NCBI GenBank assembly: GCA_000997355.1
Contig: LCBS01000001.1
Location: 5,191 to 69,190, forward strand
Length of the DNA stretch: 64,000 nt
Direction: 5' to 3'
Source: a candidate division WWE3 bacterium GW2011_GWB1_41_6
GTDB taxonomy: Bacteria > Patescibacteriota > WWE3 > UBA101185 > UBA10185
Shown: positions 57,836-64,000 of the stretch, in pieces
Layout: each line of letters opens with the position of its first letter
How positions within the stretch are numbered: position 1 is the stretch's first letter
The notes under the pieces: model-generated
The model's input: the letters and a program-made list of their open reading frames with translations, nothing else
Told to the model about the DNA's origin: nothing
Databases searched by the model: none
Position numbers and translations under genes: made by a program

Positions 57836-58855
57836 ATGTTCATGCCGGGAGTATCCATTTTATTTAAGTTTGTATCCATCACCTTATCTTCCTGGTTGCT
57901 TGTTCATGTTCTTGCTATTTTCGGAGGATTTATAGCCTTTGCCTACCCTATCTGGTGGTATCTTTCCCCGGAAAATACAGTCTGTCTTGTTTGCCATGCA
58001 GGAAAAGAACAGAAGTGGTGCTCATTTTGTAGACGTGCGATTAGCAAAACCCAGTTATCACCAAAAAGCATCCGTTCGGCTTTTCTGAACGGAATATTGA
58101 TCTTATTCTTTTCCGTAATTTCCGGATTGGTGGTATATGCCGAGTACGCCCTTATTACAACATATAACCCCTCACTCACCGGAAAAAGCGCGTCGTTCCT
58201 TGTCCCAAGTAGTAACAATAAGCACAAGATCGGTGAGATATTCCCCATGGAGGTTTTTGTTGAAGGTATAAAAACACCTATTAATACTGTTCAAATAGAT
58301 CTTTCCTTTGATCCCTCTACGCTCGAAGCTATAAAAATTTCGACAGATGACTCTTTTGCGACTGTTTTTATTGATAAAGTAATCAACAATGAGGTTGGCT
58401 ATACCAGACTGACCGGAGGTCTACCAAATCCCGGCTATGATCAAAGCAAAGGTTACTTCGGAACGGTGTATTTTAAAGGAAAAATTCCCGGTGTGGCGTT
58501 GGTGGAGTTCTTACCTACATCGGTTGTTCTGGCCAATAACGGGCGCGGAACTAATGTTCTTAAAACTCTTGGTACGGCATCGTTTCTGATTTTACCTGAA
58601 ACCGTTAGTCCGGAAGAAACCGCAAGTCAGGAAGTTAAATTAAATCCGCTTGTTCTCGGAGAATCCACGGATAATACAAAACTCTATTTATACGAGGAAA
58701 ATGATATTTTAGGAACGCAGTCGGAAAGCACGATGGAAGAAGTGGACGTAAGTGAACAAAGTATTTTCACACTGTTTCTGGACGTGCTCCATAAAGTCGA
58801 CGAGCTGATAATATCATTTTGGAAAAACATTTTTGATTTTGTGTTAGGAAAATAA
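57836..58855 (+). CDS. Membrane protein with CxxC..CxxC loop and cohesin-like domain
   Basis: TMs flanking CLVC..CSFC; GEIF.MEV..INTVQIDLSFDP..L; GG.PNPG; GTVYFK. Confidence 0.72.
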   Translation: MFMPGVSILFKFVSITLSSWLLVHVLAIFGGFIAFAYPIWWYLSPENTVCLVCHAGKEQKWCSFCRRAISKTQLSPKSIRSAFLNGILILFFSVISGLVVYAEYALITTYNPSLTGKSASFLVPSSNNKHKIGEIFPMEVFVEGIKTPINTVQIDLSFDPSTLEAIKISTDDSFATVFIDKVINNEVGYTRLTGGLPNPGYDQSKGYFGTVYFKGKIPGVALVEFLPTSVVLANNGRGTNVLKTLGTASFLILPETVSPEETASQEVKLNPLVLGESTDNTKLYLYEENDILGTQSESTMEEVDVSEQSIFTLFLDVLHKVDELIISFWKNIFDFVLGK

Positions 58856-58866
58856 ACCTGATAAAT

Positions 58867-58912
58867 AAAAAAGGTGCGGCGGGGATCGGTTGGATCCTGG
58901 CTGCACCTTTTT
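58867..58912. terminator. Bidirectional terminator after small-family gene 2
   Basis: AAAAAGGTGCGGC..GGATC..GATCC..GCTGCACCTTTTT. Confidence 0.8.
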
Positions 58913-58931
58913 GTGGTTAACCGGTTGCTTT

Positions 58932-59180
58932 TTACTTTTTAGCCTGCTGCGCGAGCACTGCATCCCACACGATCGACAATTTAAATTCGTAAGGGTATCC
59001 AGTTGCATCCGTTAATGAGATGAGCTCATCGTCCGGAATATCACTTCTATCCTTGTATCTCATTAACGCCTTATTGAAATCAAAGGCCGAAGAAAAACCA
59101 ATTGTATACCAGACTTTTCCTATCCTGACCTTGTCACCGAGTTTCACGGGATTAGGTCTTTTCGAAGTGTTCTCGTCCAT
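58932..59180 (-). CDS. Small orphan-family protein, copy 2
   Basis: P..V..GD..S...FN..L..Y....IP..VWDAV pattern; GGAGA SD before MDEN. Confidence 0.75.
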   Translation of the reverse strand: MDENTSKRPNPVKLGDKVRIGKVWYTIGFSSAFDFNKALMRYKDRSDIPDDELISLTDATGYPYEFKLSIVWDAVLAQQAKK

Positions 59181-59216
59181 ATTTTCTCCATTCTCCATTT
59201 AATGAGGTTTTGATGT

Positions 59217-59287
59217 CGGTATTATAATACAATTCTGTAAGCCTATCAACCTATAGAGTTGACATAAAATAATATTTCTTATACAAT
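59217..59287. promoter_or_regulatory. Back-to-back sigma70 promoters around a CTATAG box
   Basis: Minus: TTGATA-17-TATAAT; plus: TTGACA-17-TACAAT; TCAAC-CTATAG-A-GTTGA near-palindrome joins the two -35 boxes. Confidence 0.7.
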
Positions 59288-59337
59288 AGCCTATAATATT
59301 AATCGCTTTAAAGGAACTGACTCGGAGGAGGCATGAA

Positions 59338-59703
59338 ATGGGAAACAAAAGTCTAGTATTGGTTGTACCCCTGTTACTTATCATCGCTGTTGCTGTGGTA
59401 ATGTTTGCCGGTACGGAGCCGGACACACCTTTTGCCCAGACGACTGCAATGGACATTGTTCCCTGGGCAATCCTTTCCATCGTTTTGTCGTTTGTGCTAG
59501 GATTTATGGCCAAGATCGGATCAGATTGGTGTCTCATCGGAGGCTTCTTTGCCGTAGCACCGTTCTTTAACGCGCTTATCGGCGGAGGCTCTGTGGGCGC
59601 ACTGGCGCTAAAGCTGGGTGCCGGACCAATCGTTGCTGCGATCATCGCGATTGTGGGGATAATCGTACTGTTTGTGGTCAGCGCCTTTATCATTGACAGT
59701 TAA
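59338..59703 (+). CDS. Small hydrophobic membrane protein
   Basis: GGAGG SD; G/A-rich TM segments; terminator at 59729-59763. Confidence 0.7.
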   Translation: MGNKSLVLVVPLLLIIAVAVVMFAGTEPDTPFAQTTAMDIVPWAILSIVLSFVLGFMAKIGSDWCLIGGFFAVAPFFNALIGGGSVGALALKLGAGPIVAAIIAIVGIIVLFVVSAFIIDS

Positions 59704-59728
59704 GCAACTAGCAAATTTTTCAAACTCG

Positions 59729-59763
59729 AGCGTCTTAGTATTTACTTACTGGGACGCTTTTTT
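59729..59763 (+). terminator. Intrinsic terminator
   Basis: AGCGTCTTAGTA..TACTGGGACGCT followed by T-tract. Confidence 0.75.
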
Positions 59764-59785
59764 ATCTCTATCAAACAATTCCAGA

Positions 59786-61894
59786 TTATATTACAATATC
59801 CCCATTCTCCGCGTATGAATATAAATTGGATGCCGTAAGCTCATCTTTATTAACATAAGAAGGAAAAGTCACCTTAAGTTTGTATTTAATTTGAGTGAAA
59901 TCGGGCCCAAAACCATGGACATTTTGCTCAGGGTAGGGAGTTTCATAAAATTTCTCCTCTACAAATGTTGTATAAGGAGAAAGCATAGTGGAGAATAATG
60001 CAGTTTGGACTTTTCTATCCTGACTCAAATTACTGGCAGAAAGCACATTTCCGGTAGATCTAAAAATTTGACGCTTCCCCCATTTACTAAGAACCCACGG
60101 TTCTGTCTCACCTGTTGCTTTCCCACTAGCATCAAGGGTAGAGATAGGAATCTCAAATTCAACCTTCCCCTCAACCGATGTCTGGTACGATTTTACTCTA
60201 GCAGTAAAATGAGCAAATTTTACCCATCTCATATACTGATCACTGACGATTTCCCATTCTTCAGAAGGGATATTTTTCCTCAATTTCAATATATACTTAA
60301 TCTCTTCTTCTAGTCCGAGGAGTTTCTTTTCAAACCCTTCTAATTCTTCAGCGTTAATTTCAGAGGGGTGTTGAATAGCTTTCTTGGCTACAGTAGGTGG
60401 AACTCCTTCGTTCACTGCAAATATGTACTCCCACCTTTTCATTGAGTCTTCAACCGGATCCCGATCCTCACCAAAACGGACCTTATAATATTTTACTGCC
60501 CACTCGTACATTTTAGGACTATCATTTTCAAGTTTATCCGGATCCATAAGCAATAACGAAAACAATTCCGAAAACCGTTCACTATACCTGTCTAACAATT
60601 CTTTTTCCTTATTATCCGAACCCAACATCTGCACATATTGCGTCAAAGCATCCGATTCATAAGGCAACACTGACAGATATTCGGCCATTAACTCCGGATA
60701 GGACAAAAATGATAGGATTTCCCCGTGGGCAACCTCGTGTATACACCCATATACTTCCTCCGGACTAAACTTCTCTCCAACATTTCCCGCCATAAACATG
60801 AATGTTCCGTTACTTGGTCTATACGAACCCCAAATAGAACCGACATCGAGCTGCCCGTCCGTAAATTTCTGGGATATTCTTCCTATACTTAAAACTCCCA
60901 TTTCTCGAGCACTTGATTTAACTATCTTTTCGAGCCGTTGACGCATCTCAACTGGAACAATAACTTCTATCAAGTTACCCAATCTTTCCTCCTCACTCTT
61001 ATCAAAATTCTCAAATCGAGGATCAGGATCATAGTCTTCCAACCCTAAAAATCTCTTTGACCTTGGAATAGTAACATCCAAATATTCTTTAAAATCTCCA
61101 AGACTTGTCTTTTCTTGATCTAAAAGCAAGTAGATCGATTGTTCCCCTATTTCCTTTATAAAAGGCTCCTCCTCAATCCCATAAAAATTTACACGGCTAC
61201 ATAAGTTATCAACAAAAACACTGAGATCTACGGGTGGTTCCATATCTTTACTTTTAAACCACTCAATAGCCCCATTCTCTGCATGTTTACTAAGTCTATG
61301 GACATGTTCTCTAAGACGTTGTTCTTCCTGACACGCATGGGCAATAAGCTCTAATTCCTCAACTGAATATAATTCAGTAACGTTTGTATTTTCTATTCTT
61401 TGATACTCACCGTGGAATTTATCACTAAGCTCCGCATTTGATGCAATTGTGTAAACTTTTATAGCATCATCTTTAGTTACAATCGGCATTTGATATTTTT
61501 CAGCCAGTTTTTGTAGTTCCTCATTAAAAATATCCAAACCGCGTGAATCCGTCACTTTGGTGATCAAAGTCTCATGATATTGAATATCCAATTCCGGGTT
61601 ATTCATATCATTTCGAAAAGCCCAGTAATTTTCGATTACTTTAATACCCTCAGCAGTCTCAGATTCCCAAGTTCTATTAACTTCCTGTATTGCTCTGTTC
61701 TTGATGATTTTTACTAATTCTGGTGCTTTTTCGCGGGATATACTAATCTCAGTTTGCGCTTTTATCTTTTTTATATCTTCTACGGGAATGCCGCTCCACA
61801 ATGCCTCCCTCTCCGAATGTTCGTTCTGAACAGCTTGTTCATTGAAATCTACGATACTATCGATCGATCCTTCGGGAGATGTGGAACCGGGCAT
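59786..61894 (-). CDS. Large acidic protein with a zincin (HExxH) metallopeptidase-like domain
   Basis: IHEVAHG, then LTQY and ERFSELF..DPDKL...SPKMYEW; start set at MPGSTSPE. Confidence 0.65.
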   Translation of the reverse strand: MPGSTSPEGSIDSIVDFNEQAVQNEHSEREALWSGIPVEDIKKIKAQTEISISREKAPELVKIIKNRAIQEVNRTWESETAEGIKVIENYWAFRNDMNNPELDIQYHETLITKVTDSRGLDIFNEELQKLAEKYQMPIVTKDDAIKVYTIASNAELSDKFHGEYQRIENTNVTELYSVEELELIAHACQEEQRLREHVHRLSKHAENGAIEWFKSKDMEPPVDLSVFVDNLCSRVNFYGIEEEPFIKEIGEQSIYLLLDQEKTSLGDFKEYLDVTIPRSKRFLGLEDYDPDPRFENFDKSEEERLGNLIEVIVPVEMRQRLEKIVKSSAREMGVLSIGRISQKFTDGQLDVGSIWGSYRPSNGTFMFMAGNVGEKFSPEEVYGCIHEVAHGEILSFLSYPELMAEYLSVLPYESDALTQYVQMLGSDNKEKELLDRYSERFSELFSLLLMDPDKLENDSPKMYEWAVKYYKVRFGEDRDPVEDSMKRWEYIFAVNEGVPPTVAKKAIQHPSEINAEELEGFEKKLLGLEEEIKYILKLRKNIPSEEWEIVSDQYMRWVKFAHFTARVKSYQTSVEGKVEFEIPISTLDASGKATGETEPWVLSKWGKRQIFRSTGNVLSASNLSQDRKVQTALFSTMLSPYTTFVEEKFYETPYPEQNVHGFGPDFTQIKYKLKVTFPSYVNKDELTASNLYSYAENGDIVI

Positions 61895-61936
61895 AAAATA
61901 ATTGTAACACCGGGGATAAAGGAGAAAAAGTAGAAG

Positions 61937-61980
61937 AAAAAAAGTGTGTTTTTCCATTTTTTTGTGGATAGCACACCTTT
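61937..61980 (-). terminator. Terminator after small-family gene 3
   Basis: Minus strand AAAGGTGTG..TCCA..TGGA..CACACTTTTTTT. Confidence 0.65.
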
Positions 61981-61997
61981 ATTGTTATTTTATACTC

Positions 61998-62249
61998 TCA
62001 CTCTTTGCTTTGAGCTGTTAAAACAGCATCCCATATGTCTTGTACGGAATGTAAAACGATATCTCCCGTTTCAACCAGACGAATAGAAATGAAGTACCCA
62101 TCGGGAAGCTCATCACGGCTATCATAGTGCCGTAAAGCAAAGTTAAAGGCAGTTGTAGACGAGGGCTGAAATTTGTACTTCTTGCCATTGATTTCGATAA
62201 TATCACCCACATTAACAGAACGTGGCTTCGCTGCCGAGGTTTCGCTCAT
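61998..62249 (-). CDS. Small orphan-family protein, copy 3
   Basis: KPRSVNVGD..SS..AFN.AL..Y..R..LPD..IWDAV; AGGAGA SD. Confidence 0.75.
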   Translation of the reverse strand: MSETSAAKPRSVNVGDIIEINGKKYKFQPSSTTAFNFALRHYDSRDELPDGYFISIRLVETGDIVLHSVQDIWDAVLTAQSKE

Positions 62250-62288
62250 AATATACATTCTCCTATCTCAAGATTTGTTAACGAATAC

Positions 62289-62328
62289 CGGTATTATAGT
62301 ACAATTCTGCTTCCCTAGCAACCTATAG
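62289..62328 (-). promoter_or_regulatory. Conserved promoter box shared with 59217..59256
   Basis: CTATAGG-TTGCTA-17-TATAAT-ACCG; 34/40 nt identical to the copy-2 promoter. Confidence 0.75.
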
Positions 62329-62460
62329 CTATGTTAACTGAAGGAGGTTTTGTGTAGTTTTTTACATCTAAACCTATCACACAAAACTCTATAGTTTGAT
62401 AATACAGAAACATCATAGTAAAATAACGCAACTATCAGAAGCAGTATCAGGAGAGAAGAT

Positions 62461-62826
62461 ATGCCACTTAGAGTGTACTTACCTAATCAGAACGGTGGCC
62501 GGGGCTTTGTTTGTTTAACAAATGAAGGCAGAATCATAATCACCAGCAAAAAGGGTACAGACAACTTGCCCACGGTGAGCCACCGCCTGTGGAAGATCGA
62601 ACATTTAATGAGACTACCCTACGGCGTTGAAAGACGGTACCGCAAATCCCCCTGGAGAGTTAGTAAAGTGGAGGCTTCGTTAGAGTTTCACACGACAAAT
62701 GAAGCTATTTCTCCGGACCTACCCCGCAGAATCTCGATTTCTATAGAAAATCTGCTCCAGGCATGGAAGGAATTAAACCAAAAGAGCTCTGAGCTAAAGC
62801 ATAAGCTTTATTTTATGCGGAACTGA
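62461..62826 (+). CDS. Orphan protein
   Basis: CTATAG-T-TTGATA-17-TAAAAT promoter, AGGAGAG SD, terminator at 62833-62867. Confidence 0.65.
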   Translation: MPLRVYLPNQNGGRGFVCLTNEGRIIITSKKGTDNLPTVSHRLWKIEHLMRLPYGVERRYRKSPWRVSKVEASLEFHTTNEAISPDLPRRISISIENLLQAWKELNQKSSELKHKLYFMRN

Positions 62827-62832
62827 TATTCC

Positions 62833-62867
62833 AAACCCCAAAAAACCACTTTTGGGGTTATTTTTTT
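62833..62867 (+). terminator. Intrinsic terminator
   Basis: AACCCCAAAA..TTTTGGGGTT followed by T-tract. Confidence 0.7.
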
Positions 62868-63148
62868 ATCAGCTTGAATGCACCCCTAACTCACCCCGCT
62901 TCTAGCATTTCACCCAATTACGGTTGTCTGTATAGGTTAAGAGACCAACGCATATCAATAACCGATTAATTTATTACAAACTGTTAACAATTTAGCAACA
63001 AAATATTAAATAATATACGTCATTCTTTCCCAGTATAATAATTTTCTTTTGCTTCAATATGATTAATAAATATCGTTGAATTTTATTTTTAAAGTTTCCC
63101 GCAGATATAGTATTCTGCGGATTTTTTGTTTGAAAGGGGGTGAATGAT

Positions 63149-64000
63149 ATGAAAATAAGACAAATTACTAAGTATGTGCTGGTTATGGCACTGATGACCG
63201 GGTCGACTTTACTAAGACCAGGTGTTTCTGCTCATCAGGACCCGGCGGGATGTACCGCCAATGGAGGTTTTCTTGGTATCCAGGTTTTCCGGTCTGATGG
63301 TTCTACACCTATAGGAGCCGGTACCGTAGAATCAGGTGAGACGATTAAATACCAAGCTCCTGATGGGGCAGTTAATGATGTAACTCCCGGTGGAGGTATA
63401 CCTTTGGTGTCACCAGGCAACCCTTTCAACTCTGCTTTAGTTAATTATGTTGTCAGCGAAGCAGATGTAAGTGGTGGAAAATTACAAGCCTCAACGCAAT
63501 ATATAGGTGGTCAGTCACATATAGGTGATGCTCATCAGAACTTGAATCTTGGTCCCGCTGATATTGCCGTTAACTATCAGGATGTAGTGTTGGAGGTGAC
63601 TAAAACAGCGTTACCCGCTTTTGACAGCGAGTGTACTTGGGATATAACCAAGGAGGTTGATGTAGCTCAACACGACCTACTCTCAGGTGATAGTGGAACG
63701 TCTAATTATGATGTCACTGTGACTTCGACAGGGTGTGTAGATTCAAAATATAGAGTGAGTGGGAAAATAACCATACACAACCCAGCACAGTTCGCTAATG
63801 CGGTAATCACAGGCGTAAGCGACAGTGTAAATGGTACTGTAGCAACGGTTGACTGTACTACAGACCCCTCGTTTACATCATTTCCGTTTAACCTGATACC
63901 GGGTGGAACACTTACTTGCGACTACACCGCGAACCTGCCAAATAGCTCAACGTTAACCAATACAGCAACCGCTACAACCAGCGGTGATGTAGGTGGAGGT
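63149..64000 (+). CDS. Exported Ig-like repeat surface protein, truncated by the window end (not in the ORF track)
   Basis: AAAGGGGGTGA SD; MKIRQITKYVLVMAL signal; frame open to 64000; L.PGGTLTCDYT..TNTATAT motif of DUF11-like repeats. Confidence 0.8.
   Translation, partial: MKIRQITKYVLVMALMTGSTLLRPGVSAHQDPAGCTANGGFLGIQVFRSDGSTPIGAGTVESGETIKYQAPDGAVNDVTPGGGIPLVSPGNPFNSALVNYVVSEADVSGGKLQASTQYIGGQSHIGDAHQNLNLGPADIAVNYQDVVLEVTKTALPAFDSECTWDITKEVDVAQHDLLSGDSGTSNYDVTVTSTGCVDSKYRVSGKITIHNPAQFANAVITGVSDSVNGTVATVDCTTDPSFTSFPFNLIPGGTLTCDYTANLPNSSTLTNTATATTSGDVGGG

Noticed and set aside
57983-58030. CxxCH (CLVCH) as a c-type haem site
   Set aside because: It pairs with a second CxxC (CSFC) in a loop between TMs, which fits a zinc ribbon better; no cytochrome context
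2228-63429. Numerous short antisense or nested ORFs in the six-frame track (e.g. 5769..6239, 32602..33084, 39625..40155, 59199..59693, 63235..63429)
   Set aside because: They overlap well-supported genes on the opposite strand or frame and lack motifs or SD sites
1-64000. CRISPR array or cas genes
   Set aside because: No regularly spaced direct repeats with unique spacers and no Cas motifs seen by eye
1-64000. Alternative genetic code (UGA read as Gly)
   Set aside because: Conserved genes are full-length under code 11 and several end in TGA, including ATGA overlaps

Overview
Gene-dense bacterial chromosomal segment. Gene content (type IV pilus cluster, DUF916/WxL-like surface cluster, cohesin/dockerin proteins, many short orphans, little metabolism) looks like Patescibacteria/CPR; this is an inference and no marker gene is present. 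Recognisable blocks: transporters and housekeeping (1-7 kb); an mraY-like/peptidase/amidase operon and an AbiEii-type toxin-antitoxin pair downstream of tRNA-Pro(GGG); an NpmA/KamB-like 16S rRNA methyltransferase head-to-head with truB; a type IV pilus plus two-component cluster (19-29 kb); a CsoR-led copper island with CopA (33-41 kb); a retron-like reverse transcriptase with YADN instead of YADD; and a surface-structure cluster (48-59 kb). Best candidates for undescribed systems: (1) a 1381-aa surface protein with three tandem phage tail-collar/His-x-His fibre-tip modules (possible single-chain pseudo-trimer), encoded with WxL-like, DUF916-like and cohesin/dockerin partners; (2) the YADN RT plus a three-member family of small orphan proteins in stand-alone cassettes with related terminators and, in two copies, a 34/40-nt conserved promoter box; (3) an unannotated multi-stem RNA of about 120 nt downstream of tRNA-Pro. 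All family calls come from reading motifs by eye; no database searches were run.
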